DNA of 64,000 nucleotides, taken from contig JBOZIK010000001.1 in NCBI GenBank assembly GCA_051453625.1, forward strand, positions 5,142,784-5,206,783, written 5' to 3'. Below, one piece after another: positions 26,501-40,399 of the stretch; the stretch's first letter is position 1; the number at the start of each line of letters is the position of its first letter. Position numbers and translations under genes: made by a program. A model generated the notes under the pieces. It was not told where the DNA came from. It searched no databases and worked only from the letters and a program-made list of their open reading frames with translations. This DNA comes from Welwitschia mirabilis. Lineage: Eukaryota.

Positions 26501-28176
26501 AAATTATGTTTGAGAAGACTAGTTAATTAGATTATAATTACTTAGCTCTAAATAATGGTTTCCCTTTCTTCCTAAGAAAAAATGTTGAATCCTACTCACT
26601 ACTAATAATTTAGAAAATATTGTTGGAACTTAGTTTCCTCTGAGGAACCCTCATGAGAATGATAAGAATTAGATAATGTTTAATTTCTAAGAAATGATAT
26701 GTTACTGTCAAGTTTTACATATTTCAATCCGAATTTAGGGTATCATAAAATTCTTAGTGGTTTACTTATATTGGATTATTAGATTGATAGATATCATTCT
26801 TTGGTTTTTACAATATAAATTGTGATTCTTGTAATAAAATTTTGACAAGATAAGCCTCAACACGAATTATTATGTTTACAAAGGTATGTTTTTACCTATG
26901 ATGTACTTTAGTAAGGTTAATTGTGTTATCTTAATTTTTATACATTTCCTTACACTTACCATCATTTTTTAAATCATTAAAAATTATTATTTATTATATA
27001 TTTAAAGATATCAATAACTTCCTTTTAATGTAAACCATGTATTTTTGTATCTCCTTAATTATGGTTCATATTTTAGTTAATTAATTATGTTTTTTATGTT
27101 CACATTATGCTAATGATATTATACTCTAATTAATAGGACATTTATCCTCCATTTAGGAGGTTGTGTATTCAAAACTTTTGATGGCTTGCATAGTATAAGA
27201 TAAGATACTAGGTGCACTTAAATTGTTCATTCAGGTGATTATGATGGATATGTTTCCAAGGAAGGGTATGATTCCTAAAATTTTTAATTTCCACATGCTC
27301 TCATATTACTTTTTTGAGAAATAATAAATTGTATTATAGCTAAGAAGATTAAGGTAATATAAAGTTACAACATAGCTTATAAGTTATTTTTCTAGACTTT
27401 GTAAAACTTTTTTTAATACTCAAAGGCCCATACATATACATCTAATTTTCTTAAATCATTATTCTAGTTCCAATATAATAAGGATTGGAAACAAGCATAT
27501 CCTAAATGATTAACAACAAATACATACTCATTTGAATCATATTCTAGGGAATGAATTTAACTAATGGGGGTGGTTACAATGGGATCATCTAGATCTTCCT
27601 TTTCTTCTTCACCTACATTATGCTACTCTATTTGGTCTTCTTGTTCTTCCTATTACTTAATTAGATTTTATTCTTCTATACTATGATCTATATGTGCATC
27701 ATCAGTGCATATTTTTGGCATGGAGATGCCATAATCTCCATTTTTTTCTATGAATTTTGCAGAAAGTGGTTTTTATATTGAACTACCAAGGATGTATTTT
27801 CATGTAATGATGCTAGCATCTATTTTAATATTTGTTTGATAGAGAAGCCAAATAAGGCCTTAATGCCTTACTCTTGTGCTATCTAGAGAGTAATGTAAAG
27901 AATCTAAAAGGAAGAATGAAAGATCTATTTAAAATTCATCCAACATAGCTATCAAAAGGTAGAAATGAAGCTCATTGATTTTGTCAAAGTAACCCTTCAA
28001 AGTAAAGTATTTCATAATAAGCATTACTTGGATACAAAAAGAATAGGGGATATCTTTTACCTTGTAACTGCCATCTATTTTCTTGAGGGACTTGCTAATG
28101 ATTTTCTCAAACTAAGGGATGATGGAAGCATTTAGGGCTTTCCTCTTTAGTTATATCTCTTAAAGCATGTTTAAAT
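23574..28176 (-). mobile_element. Very degenerate LINE (ORF1 ~28176-27200; endonuclease ~26740-26000; RT toward 23574)
   Basis: Minus-strand WQLQGKRYPLFFL (~28075), KICTDDAHIDHS knuckle-like (~27700), SEETKF (~26640), DESTTFYYA (~25770), and weak QG.PL- and FxDD-like traces (~24010, ~23955). Confidence 0.55.
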
Positions 28177-29310
28177 TATTAATGTAAGGTGATCCAATGT
28201 GAAAACATCATATGTTTTGTATCTAGGTTATTTCTTAAAGTCATTATCTAGAAATCTATAAGATTAGAAAACATTATGTTATGAAAAATATTAATGTGTA
28301 TTATAAGGGATTATATCCCACATAGATTAAAAAAAAGAGGGATAACTTCAAAACCCTCTATAAAAGACTTAATTAATGTAATGAATTTACTTAAGACTGA
28401 TGCCTTTTGAAGAGAAGAATGAATTACTGAAGAATTTATTCTAGATCTTATTGCTTGATTATTACTTGGTCATTTATCTTTTCTATACACCTTATTTTAG
28501 GCTTGAAAGATTGAGATAAGTTCAGATTCTTCATTGTTATTATTGCTTTAATCTTGAATAAGCTTCATTCTCTATTTCATATTATGTTTTGTTTAAAATA
28601 CTTTAAGATTCAGATATTAGAAGAAAGATCATGTAACTAACATGAAATAAAAGGTTATTTCAATAAGTAAAGAAGATTTTAAGTTGCATTCAAAAGATCC
28701 AATTAAAGATTAATGATCTTTTAATATTTATATAAAGATTTGATCATTTCAAGATTTTATTATGTCATTTCATCAAATGAGAAAAATATTTTCATACTTG
28801 AAGAAAGATCTAGAAAGAATTACATTTTTTAGCCTTTAAATTCACTTTTGAAGTGTTTTATTTGATTTAAATATGATGGTAGATGAGTTAGCCTTCAAAT
28901 TTTACCATTAGAACTTTGTTTTAGCATTTTTTAAACCCTTTTCCAAAATTGACTTGCAATATAGACTTCTTTTAATAGGTAGACATCTATGATAGATGAA
29001 ATAGATGTCTTTCAGCCTCAAAGATATCTTCATAGAACTTAGTTTTTAAGTTACTAAAAGGGTAAATGTCTAAATAGATGTCTGCCAGTTTTGAAGACAT
29101 CTTTACAAAGTTAAAATTTAATTACAGAGAATAAAACTTTTATAATATATGTTTAACACATCAAAGATGTCTTCTATCAATTAACTAAACTCAAAAAAGA
29201 CATCTAATAGGTCAAAGATGTCTGTTCTTCTCTAAGAGATCTTATACATCAAAGGCATCTTTAACTTAAAGAATTCAAAATCAACTGGGTTCATTAGGCT
29301 TCTAATAATA
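28177..29310 (+). repeat. 5' LTR of the second Copia
   Basis: Colinear with 33516-34632. TATAAAA at 28359-28365. Termini decayed to TA...TA. Confidence 0.9.
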
Positions 29311-29399
29311 AATAGTATCAGAGAACAAAGAATAGGTACAAATATCTAAAGAATATCTAGTTTAAAGATCACATAGGTTAGTTTCATATTCATTTCAAT

Positions 29400-32300
29400 A
29401 TGTCAAAGGATATTCTTAGGTGTTTAATTATCTTTACTGGAAGTTAGGATTTCACTTATTGGTATTAGTTAATAAAGACATTACTTGAATGGAATGAATG
29501 TTATGATGTAGATCAGAATGGTTTCTTTGATCCTTAAAATCCTAATGTGTTAAATTAAGAACAAAAAAAAAAATAGATGCACTACATTATTAAGATGATC
29601 ATCTATACTTCTGTAAGTCAAGCCATTAGAGCTAGAATCATAGAAAAAGAAAATGTAAAAGATTACTGGGATCAACTCAAAAGTGAGTTTAGAGGTAGCC
29701 AAGAGAACATTAAAATTTAATAATTCAACTATCGATCAGAATTTAAAAATTTATACACCACAAGAGGTAAGTCCATTAAATATTTCTTTCAAAGAATGCA
29801 TCAAGCAGTTAGAAATATTAATGGATACAATTATGGATTCATTAAAAGCTAAAAGATAGATAAAATAGTTCAAGTTCTCTATAATGATGCTTGATATAAT
29901 ACTATTATGACTAATTTTCTTTAAATAAAAGATCTCAGTAGCTTACTAGTTGATGCATTGGTTACTCATATAAGAACATTGAAAGATTTAGAAAACAATG
30001 TATCTCCACATGGTTAGACCTATGTTGCAAATTTATAAAGAGGAAGAAATGGTAGGTTTGCTAAAGGAAGAGGAAGAGAAAGTTATCAAAATTAAGGCGA
30101 GAATAATGAAACCTATATTTTTTCTTAAAAATAAGAAAAGCAACAAATTTTCAAAGGTTTTCAAAGAGGAAGAGGATCTTTAAAGAGGTGGCAAATTTGA
30201 TGGTCAAAGTGGAAGAGGTAATTATTTCAAAACAGGTACCAAAATTAATACTCTAAAGAAGGCACAAAGAAAGATGAACTATGATGCATAAACTACAAGA
30301 CAAACTAAGTCATATTGAAGATAAATGTTGGTAGAAATTGGATTTTCTCACCATTTCAACTAATCATGCTTTATTCAAATCTATTAAAGAATGTGAACTA
30401 TCTACTTATTAGCCAATAATTAACAAAGAAGAGTAAGTTGAAGAAGGGTTAACAAACTATTTAGCCTTAGTTTTTATAAAAAATATTAATCCTTCCACAT
30501 GGATTGTGGATAGTGGTTATTCAAATCACATGACTCTAAATAAGAATTTATTTGTTAATTATAGGATTACTAATTTGGGATTCATCAAAGTCAATGATTG
30601 TAATTTTATTAAAGTGGAAGGCATTGAATATGTCAAAAGAAATTTCCAAGAGGGAAGATGGATAAATGTTAATAATGTCTTTCATGTACTCAAGCTTTCT
30701 AATTCATTACTTTCAGTTAAACAGATGGTTCAAAGAGGTAATAAAGTTATGTTTGACAAGAATGATTGTACCATAAAGGATGATATAGGCTTCTTCACTA
30801 CTATTCAAAGAATGATAAATCAAATCTATGCATTCATTTCCATGGGAGATGATACATTAGGTAAAAATTTAAAACTTGTGTTAATGTCTATTATAATTAA
30901 AAACCCTTTAATTTTATGGCACATGAGATTAGGACATGCTTTCTCCATAAATATTATGAAGATGTTAAGAGATCAAAGTGTGATAGGAATTAAATGTTAA
31001 GAAATAAGTATTGAAATTTGTGAAACATGCATGAAGGACAAGTAAAATTTTAATTCACATAATGCCATCATGGAGAGAAAAATTATGTCACTTGAGTTGG
31101 TACACATAGATTTGATTGGTCCGATTGATACTTGCACAATGAAAGATTTCAAATATTTTATGGTAATTATTAGTAATTTTTCTAGATATACTTGGTCTTA
31201 TATCCTCTAATAAAAAGATGAAGCATTATCTAATTTTAAATATTTTAAAGAACATGTTGAAAATCAATTTGGACAAAAGACAAAAGCCATTAGAAGTAAT
31301 AGAGGAGGTAAATTTGTGAATAATGATTTTGATTAATTTTGTGATGAATATGGCATTTTAAAACAAATAACGTGTCTTTATTCTCCACAAAGTAATGAAA
31401 GAGCTAAAAGGAAAAATCATGTAATACAAGAGATAGTGCATTACTTATTGACATAAAGCATATTACTCAATTCATATTAGAGTGAGGCTATTACTACAAT
31501 CACATATCTTCTCAACTAGGTGGTTACATGATTAAACCAAGGTAAAACTCCATGTGAGCTAATTTTCAAGAGAGTTCCAAATTTTTCTCATTTAAAAAAT
31601 TTTGGCCATATTTATTAAGTACACATACCCAATCAATTAACATCTAAACTTAATGCTAGAAGTAGGAAGGGCATTTTTATTGAACATGATGTAAAATTTT
31701 GTGGATATAGATGTTTTAAACCCATTAGTGAAAGATATTTTATTTCTATAGATGTTAAGTTTAATGAATCAAAATTTAGTTTAGCACACTTCTCTTATGA
31801 AGAAGATAATGTTGGTAAGCCATTCATCACTTCTCATCCATCTATGCCATTAAGAATTATCAAAGATCATCCACCTTCTTAAATATTAGATACACATTTT
31901 TATAGAAGCTTTACAAGAAGTATGAGCATATCTCGTGTAGCATATTTAGCCTTAATTAATGAAATAAAATTATTTGATGAAGCTCTTCAATATTCAATTT
32001 GGAGAGAAGCAATAGAGAAAGAAATGAATGCAATACAAAAAATGACACATGGAAACTTGTAGAAAAACCAAAAGAAAAGAAGATCATTGACTCAAAATAG
32101 ATATTCAAAACAAAATAAAATGAAAAATGCATTATCACAAGTTATAAAGCAAGACTATTTGGTATAGGTTATAAGCAAAAGAAGCATATTAATTATGAAG
32201 AAAGTTTTACACTAGTTGCCAGGTTTAAAACCATAAAATTAATTTTTTAAAACTAATTTATGGAGGCTTTTTTTTGCATCCAATGGATGTAAATAGTGCA

Positions 32301-33517
32301 TTTTTAAATATCAATCTAGAAGAAGAAGTATACATTTTTTCTCTTAAAGGTTTATTGTTGAAGGTTAAGAAAAAAAAATATGTAAACTTAAAAAAGCTCT
32401 TTATGGTCTCAAGCAAGCCTCAGAATCTTAGTTTAGAAGAATTAATCATTACTTGATTGGGAAATGCTATAAAGCATGCATGTTAGAGCTTACTTTATAT
32501 TTCAAATACTTAAATGATCATTTCATTATGATATATCTTTATGTTGATGACATAGTATTCTTTGCTACATGTGACAATGATTGAAAAATTCAAGGTGAAA
32601 ATGAAAACTAAATTTAAAGTGAAAGATCTTGGAAATCTTAAATATTTTTTGGGCATTCAAGTTAATCAAGCTAGAGATACCATGTTTATACATAATCAAA
32701 TTTTGCACAAGCCATCGTGGAAAAATATGAGCATCTTGAAGCAAAACTAACTGCCACTCCACTACCTCAAAATCTCAAAATTGAAAGGAAAGATTCTTCA
32801 AGGAGGGTGGATGCTTCTTTTAATAGGTCCATGATAGGATCGTTGAGATTTATGTGTCATAAAAGACTTGATATTAAATTTGTAACATTATTTATCTCTA
32901 AATATATGGCTAAAATAAGAGAAAGTTATCTTGTCGCTTTAAAACATCTCATAAGGTATTTACTTAGCACACTTACACTTGGGTCTAAATTTTAAAAAGG
33001 CAATGGATATATTCATTCTTATTGTGATGCTAATTGGGGTGGATCCATTAAAGATAGAAAATCCACTTCTGGTACTATTGTATTTCATGGAAGAAATCCA
33101 ATTTATTGAAAGTCAAAGAAACAAACCTGTGCATCTCTTTCATCGACTAAAGCTAAGTACATCTCCATGGCTAACTCTCTTTAATATGTTTTATGGATTT
33201 TAAAATTATTTAAACAATGGTAGGTAAAAGGAAAAACAACAATTGATGTGTTTGGTAATAATATTCTAGCCATAATACTTTCTCAAGAATACACTCTTCA
33301 CAAGAAGATTAAGCACATTGAAATCAAATCATATTTCATCAAAGACAAGATGAAGGAGGAAGTAATAATGCCCAAGCATGTTTTCACAAATGATCAAGTT
33401 GCTAATATGTTAAAAAAAAAGTTGTCAATATTCAAGATGGATTATTTCATCTTCAAGTCAAATATTATCTTTGTGTCTCTAGCATCTAATTTTCACATTA
33501 TTCCAAAGGAGGGATAG
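29400..33517 (+). pseudogene. Copia gag-pol pseudogene
   Basis: IFTGS*DFTYW (gag); WIVDSGYSNHMT protease and LWHMRLGH (ORF 30506); LELVHIDLIGP integrase (~31092); MDVNSAFLN and LYVDDI RT (32284, ~32537); KIKHIEIK RNase H (ORF 33248). Confidence 0.93.
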
Positions 33518-34632
33518 TTGATGTAATGTGGTCCAATGTGGACACATCATATGTTTCATAGTAGGGTTATTTATGAAAGCCATTTTCTAAAAAGCTATAA
33601 GCTTATAAAACCTTATGTTATGAAAAATATTAATGTGTCTTGTAAGTAATTATATTCCATATGGAATAGTAAAAAAGAGGGATAACTCCAAACTCCTCTA
33701 TAAAATACTTGATTAATGTGATGAATTTACTTAAGACTAATGCCTCTTGAAGAGAAGAATGAAATGCTAAAGAAATTGTGCCAGATCTTATTGCTTAATC
33801 CTTGCCTAATGATTTAGCTTTTCTATATGCCTTATTTTATGCTTGAAAGATTAAGATAAATTTAGATTCTTTATTATTACTATCTCTTTAAGCTTAAATA
33901 AGCTACATTCTTCATTTCAAACCAAGTTTTGTTTAAAATACTTCAATATTGAAAGATTAGAAGAAATATCATGAGAAAGATCATGTAATTAAGATGAGAT
34001 AGAAGGTTATTTTAATAAGTAATAAAGATTTCAATTTGTGTTTAAAAGATTTGATCAAAGATTGATTATCTTTAAAGATTTATATAATATTTGATCATTT
34101 CAAAGTTTATTATGTCATTTCATTAAATGAAAAAAAGATTTTTTATTTAAAAAATATTTTCAAATAATTACATTTTGGATGCTTTAAATTTATTTTAAAG
34201 TTTTCTTTAATCTCAGTATGATCGTAATGAGTTGGCCTTTAAATTTTGCCATTAGAACTTTATTTTAGTGTCTTTCAGACTATATTTCAAACCTAACTTG
34301 TAGATAGATTTTTTTTAATAGGTAGACATCTATTATATATAAAATAGATGTCTTTTAGACTCAAAGAAATCTTCACAGAACTCAGTTTTTAAGTGATTAA
34401 TATCTACCATATTTAAAGACATCTTTGCAAAACTTAAATTTGATTATATAGAATAAAAATTTCAAGATGAACATATAACATATTAAAGACATCTTTTATT
34501 AACTAACCAAACTTAGGAAAGACACATAATAGGTCAAATACATCTGTGCTTCTTTGAAATATCTTCTACATCAAAGATGCCTTTAACTTAAAGCATCCAA
34601 AATTATCCAGGCTTACCAAGCTTCTGCTAACA
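33516..34632 (+). repeat. 3' LTR of the second Copia
   Basis: Follows the PPT, ends ...gctaaca, and matches the 5' LTR. Confidence 0.9.
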
Positions 34633-34930
34633 CAAATACAATCACTAATATAGGTAATATTAATATAAATTATAGTGTTACCTATGCTAGAAGATCTTCC
34701 ATTCCAATTTTAATAAATTGCTTTGATAGATCTAAATCATCTTCAAAAGCTTTCCATCTCTACATGTAATTAAGGAGTGCATCATGATTTGCTAGCTTAA
34801 TGTAGAGTGTCATTCTCATGTTGATGAATGCTTATGTGATGAAATAAATGCAAAAAATATTATAAAATAATATAAAATGGTATTGGAAAAATGTAGAAAT
34901 TATGATACTATTAAGCTAAAATATGCTCAC

Positions 34931-36022
34931 TGTTGCGGTGTGTATTTGTGCAAGTACTTAAGTTCAAAAGGATTCTGTCATTCATAAAATAAATAGATAT
35001 CTCACAAAATAAAACACACTACCATGAGTGGGAGTAGACCCGAAATGTTGTATTTACATTAAATACTATGAAACGAGGCTCGAATTGCTTTGTAAAAAGA
35101 ATAATAGAAACCAGAAATAAAGAACAAATATAAGGAAATAAATTACAATGCAAAATTTAAGATGCAACTAACCTAGATGAAATGTAAAATAGAACTAACA
35201 CTACTTGCTTTCATCCTTAATAAAAGCTACCTTTAATAATATATATTACCCAAGAAATTGTCACCAGATCAAGGGTAACATAGACTATAAGGATTATCAA
35301 AGAAACTAATATGCAAACATAAAAATAAAACAAAATTTATATTAAGAGTAACAAAGCATCTGGGTTACAAAATAGTCGTGCCTTAATGAAGGATACACAG
35401 CCTTTCACCAAGGGAAGGTCTTTCTGGAATACTCAAGATGGATCTCTTGCCCTTCAATCTCCTATCATGAGAATTTTTGGTGCAACGAAGATGAGAAAGA
35501 GAGTCAAAGGGGAACTTATTTATAATAACTTACAGCAGAAAATGACAAACAGAAGACATAGGTAGGTGCGCTCTTTTACATAAATGAAATGGACGAAATG
35601 GTTAAGGATTACTATCAGAGTCAATTACATGTTAGTGTCATCCTAACTATCATCCGAATGACATGGGGATGATAAATCATTACAAAATATAACTCATAAT
35701 GATGACTTAGCAGTGATTCAACAATCCACCTTAGCAATTAGTAGTTTTGTTGTCCTGCCTGTCATGGGGATGATAAAGAAAATGATGGTTTTCTTAATTA
35801 TTTAATTTGAAGAGAAACTTAGTATCTTTATCAGTAATCCTTCTTGAAATCTCTGTGAATCAGAATGTACCTTTAACACATTAAATCTGGGTAAGAATCA
35901 CACATTTCCAAGATTTTCTATCATTTCTTCAAAATCCTCAGAATTGCACTTAAACCTGTATAAATGTCCTTTAAAACAACTCCTAAAATCCCATCAAATA
36001 ACCACAAATTGGCATCACAACA
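34931..36022 (-). repeat. 3' LTR of the nested Athila-like element
   Basis: tgttgcggtgtgtattt...ttggcatcacaaca, colinear with 43356-44420. Confidence 0.92.
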
Positions 36023-39000
36023 TAGCCCCCCACTTAGCTTTTATCAGTCCATGATAAAAACCAGGCAAAAAACCACAATTGCAAGACAATTTATTAAATG
36101 AGAAATCTAAATTATCTAATAGGTTCATAAAACACATCACATAGATAAATATCAAGTTAATGCATAAGGTGTAAGAAAATTTAAAAATTTTTATTTTATG
36201 AAGGATCTAAATTAATTAAAAAATTTTAAAAATGAGCTATGAAAATGGGTCTCTGCCTTTCCCTCAAAGAAAAAGCAATATGTCCTATATTGGAAAATAA
36301 AGAAAAGATAGTAAATGAGAGTGAAAAGGCAGGAAAAAGAGGACAACTTTTTAAAAGGAAGTGCAATGCTGAGTAATATCAGATGTAAAAAATATAGAAC
36401 TATGAAGTATTCTAATAAGTAAATAAAAAGTGTTTCATCATAAAAATGAGTAAGAGCAGTGTTTAAAATACCAAAATGAAAATTTATTCAACTAAGCAAG
36501 AAATATACTTTTATTGAAAACCAAATAGAAAAACATGATGATTAAGAAAATATGGTAATGACTTTGAAATAATTAATGAACCATAAGAGAAAATAAAAAG
36601 AATGGACATAAAGTAACAGAAACAAAAGATAGCTCACCTATCTGATATTTTAACTTAGCAGACTCCTATGAAAGAAATCATAACATTACTTGATGTGAAA
36701 AATGCATGACTTAATGTATGAAAAATTCTAGTTGATAAGGCAGTGGTTGTGATAATGCTAAAAATAAAATGAATGATCAGACTAAAGAATTGCTTAAAAA
36801 TGAACTCACCTATCATTATCTCAAAATAAACACCCAAATCTTAAGAAATGAAATAAGCATGTGGAATAGATTAAGAGTCTAGGAAATAAGTAATGTTTTT
36901 GATAACATTAGAAACACCACTAATCCCCTAGCCTCAATGTTTTTATTACAACTTTATTATCCATGATGAGGGGAGTGCAACTACCATCAGAGAAATAAGG
37001 ACCTGCGAAGCATAGCCAACTGACTCCCAGTGACCAACTGACCTCCTAGTGAAGTTCCCACAGCTACCATATTACTCTGTCAAAGGCTTCTTTTAGAAAT
37101 ATTTGCCTTGGTGTACTTGCGGTTGGACATCATGGTGACCATGTTTTTACAATATGACAAATAAGGCATCATGGTCTTATTTTACCTCTTTTTTTTTGGT
37201 AAAAAATTTTGAAAGATACATTCCACATGACGAAATATTTCAAAAAACAAAGGTGAAAGTCATGATATAAAGACAAAAAAGAACACTCTTAAATAATCTA
37301 AGACCTTTTCATCATTAAGAAAAATAAGAATCTTCCTTTAAACTAAATTTCATGGACATGTGAATGTCCTAAGATTAGGTGAATCCAATCTTACCACTGT
37401 AGGTGCCCAAGCCAAAAAACTAATCATGAAAATAAATACATAAGTCAAATTTAAAAAAATGATAAAGTAATGTCATAATAAACTCCAAAAGAAAAAACTA
37501 AGAGAAAATTAAAATTATTTGCTCATGAAATTCCTAATTTTTTTCATTTACTTCCTGCAATTCTTAAGTACTCAAGTCAAAAATCTTAACAGAGCGATAA
37601 AAATGTATTTTCTAAAAATAAAAGAAAACTAAAATCATTATTTTATTGACTATGATCCTGCTTGTCATCTATATAATAAAGAGGATGACACACATAGGAA
37701 ATAGAAATAAAACACAAAACTCTTACAAAAAACCTAGATATAAAGAGTGAAAATAGAGACTATCATCTGTCTTATCATTCAAACAACATAGGAGAAAATA
37801 GATTATTATTAAAGAATAAAAAATTAAAAATTCAAATTATAAATAGAAACAAAAACTAAAAACAAAAAATTAAAATAAAGATTACCAAAATAGAAGTCTA
37901 AAAATCAAAATCAAGAGTATCAAGAAAGCCAAAAGGAAAGATCAAGGTAAGAAAAATTTATTTAAATCCTAAAATTTAACTAACACTTCTATTAAAAAGA
38001 AAGAAAGAAAGCAAAAGAAAGATGATCTCAACATATTTTTATTCTTTCAGAAAAATAAGGTCAAAACCAAATATTCATTAATTGATCAAATATGTAAGAT
38101 ATGTAATCATTTTTAAATATAATTAATTAAAAGAATAGAGAGTAAAAAGATAATATCTGGATAGCAAAAATTTAGAATTTAAACAAGTGATGAAGAAATA
38201 ATAAGTATCATTGAAAAATAATCTCTTATGAAAGCTTTGTAAATCTTAATTATCATTGGAAAAGGCATGTGAAAAGGGGCATAAACAATGTTTCTAAGAT
38301 AATTTTGAAAGATATTTAAAATGTTTTCTATCATTTTATTTAAGACATGGATCTTTAAGAAGAAAACAAGGCTTTTTAAATTTTATATAAGCATTTGAAA
38401 ATTTGTTTTCAGAAGTATTAATGTAAGAGACAAAAAATTCATACAACTCATGGAAAAACAATCTCTTATCAAACTCATGATATGAAGGATTTAAACCATA
38501 AATTGTATTTAAAGATTGATATTGAACATAAGAAACTTCTTAGGATAAGAGATTAAGAGAGGTTTAATGTACCTAAGAATATCTTTAACATTTAATTTCA
38601 AACATGGATTTAGATCAAGAAGATATGGTTTTATCCAATTAATAATTACAATATATCCTTTTTTTTTTTGAAAATAATTATCAATGGAAGCACATGATAG
38701 AGTTGACTTTGTGAATGAGTAAAAGATGTTACTTTTTGCACATGATGTTTCTAAGGGAAGAGGTTAAAAGATTTTTAAATTCAAGTCCTCAAGATGATGT
38801 GGTTTATTATTTTTAAGAATAATAATATAATTTGGAAAGTTAATTTCTTCATTGATTATATCTTCTTTTTTTAATGTTTAATTATTTCTTTCTTTTCTTT
38901 TTCATTTTTTTAGGATCACTGTTCTTTTTCAAGTTGGTTGATTCCTTAAAAAGATCATTAAAAATATTAGATAAAGATAATATCTCATTGTTTTTATTAT

Positions 39001-39237
39001 TTAATGAAAGATATTCTAATGTTTCTTGTTTGATTCCACTTCCTCTCTAAATAATTCCATTAATTTAAATTGTAATCCTCATTTAAATTAAGTTAATTAT
39101 TTTTTATTAATTTTATTTTAATACTCATTCCTATTAATTTCAAAAATTGAGCCTTTAGTATTAATAGAACTCTTTCATCCCTATATGATATGTGAAAGTT
39201 TGTGACATGATCTAAAATTTCAATGTCATCTTCTTTT

Positions 39238-39266
39238 TCTTCTTCTTCTTCTTCTTCTTCTTCTTC
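39238..39266. repeat. (TTC)n microsatellite
   Basis: Run of ttc triplets seen directly; reads as poly-Glu on the minus strand. Confidence 0.9.
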
Positions 39267-40399
39267 ACTATTTTTATCATCTTATTGTATGTTGTTGTTG
39301 CCATTAGAAGGAAAACTATGATCATAATTTCTATCATAGATTAAAGAATTTTTAGATTGCTTATGAATGCATTCTTCATCTATTGACTAAGTTTCTAACA
39401 CCTTAACATGATCATTTAACAAATAGTCATCCTCATCTTCATTGTTGAAAGATATAGTTAAATTGTTATTGTCTCCTCTTTGCTTATCCCCTAATGAGTA
39501 GGTTGAAGTTTGATATAAAATTTTATTCTCAATTTAAAAGCAAGAATTATAATCATTCATTTCTAAATTATTTTCATTCTCCTCAAGATAAAATTTAGAA
39601 GGATAGGTTTGAGGATTTTACATTAGAAAAGATCCTTGATTTTGTAGAAGATTTTGTTAAAAGATCTCAACCAACATTTTTAGTCTTTTATTGTTGTTTT
39701 GTATGCTTTTGCACATTCATTCATCATTTGTTTTCTTGAATTATTTTCTTCTTCATAGTGGTTCATGAGAGATGGATGGAATGGTGATTATGTGAGGTTG
39801 AATCCCTAATATTTTCATTAGTATTCCTATATGGGTTTGAAAAGAAAAAGGGAAATAATAAGATGGTTGAAAAGAGCAATGAGCCCAATCCCTACTCTCA
39901 ACAAGTTTTTTTTATTGGTTTTCCTCTTTTTGTAAAAAGATATTTATGTTTTTTCTTACCATCCTTCTTGAATTCTTTTCTCCTTTTTTAGCAAAAAGTT
40001 ACTTAAAGTGTTTTACTATNNNNNNNNNNNNNNNNNNNNNNNNNNNNNNNNNNNNNNNNNNNNNNNNNNNNNNNNNNNNNNNNNNNNNNNNNNNNNNNNN
40101 NNNNNNNNNNNNNNNNNNNAGTCCATTAAAAACATTTTCATCTAAATTTAAATTATGATTTTCAGATTTTGGCTTATGTAATGGATAATCTCCCTCAAGG
40201 TGTAAATTAAAAAGTTAAACTGCCTTATACACTAAAGGCTCTTTCTCTATCTCAAAGTTAGATGTATCAAGGGTTTCTTCAATCTCAAGTTGGTTATCAT
40301 AAAATATAGGCTCATGTAATTCCATTTCTCTTTCTTTAAGAGGATGATGTTGTAGGAATAAAGTTGGTTTCATGTTATCCTTAATGTTCATTTCATCAC

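Larger units (their letters stand above)
28177..34632 (+). mobile_element. Full-length, decayed Ty1/Copia LTR retrotransposon, ~6.46 kb (lineage not firmly assigned)
   Basis: LTRs 28177-29310 and 33516-34632. TSD TAAAT (28172-28176) / CAAAT (34633-34637), one transition apart. PBS tagtatcagag 29313-29323. PPT aaaggagggat 33505-33515. Confidence 0.92.

Noticed and set aside
37039..37059. tgacctcctagtgaagttccc resembling 5S rRNA / Cassandra (GTGACCTCCTGGGAAGTCC)
   Set aside because: Only ~20 nt, with no upstream 5S sequence (AGTTAAGCG, GGATGGG), and the second copy does not support it.
36945..37240. Hammerhead or twister ribozyme, or miR396/miR399-like 10-mers, in the shared module
   Set aside because: No CUGANGA/GAAA core, no twister pseudoknot pattern and no long miRNA fold-back; the matches are too short.
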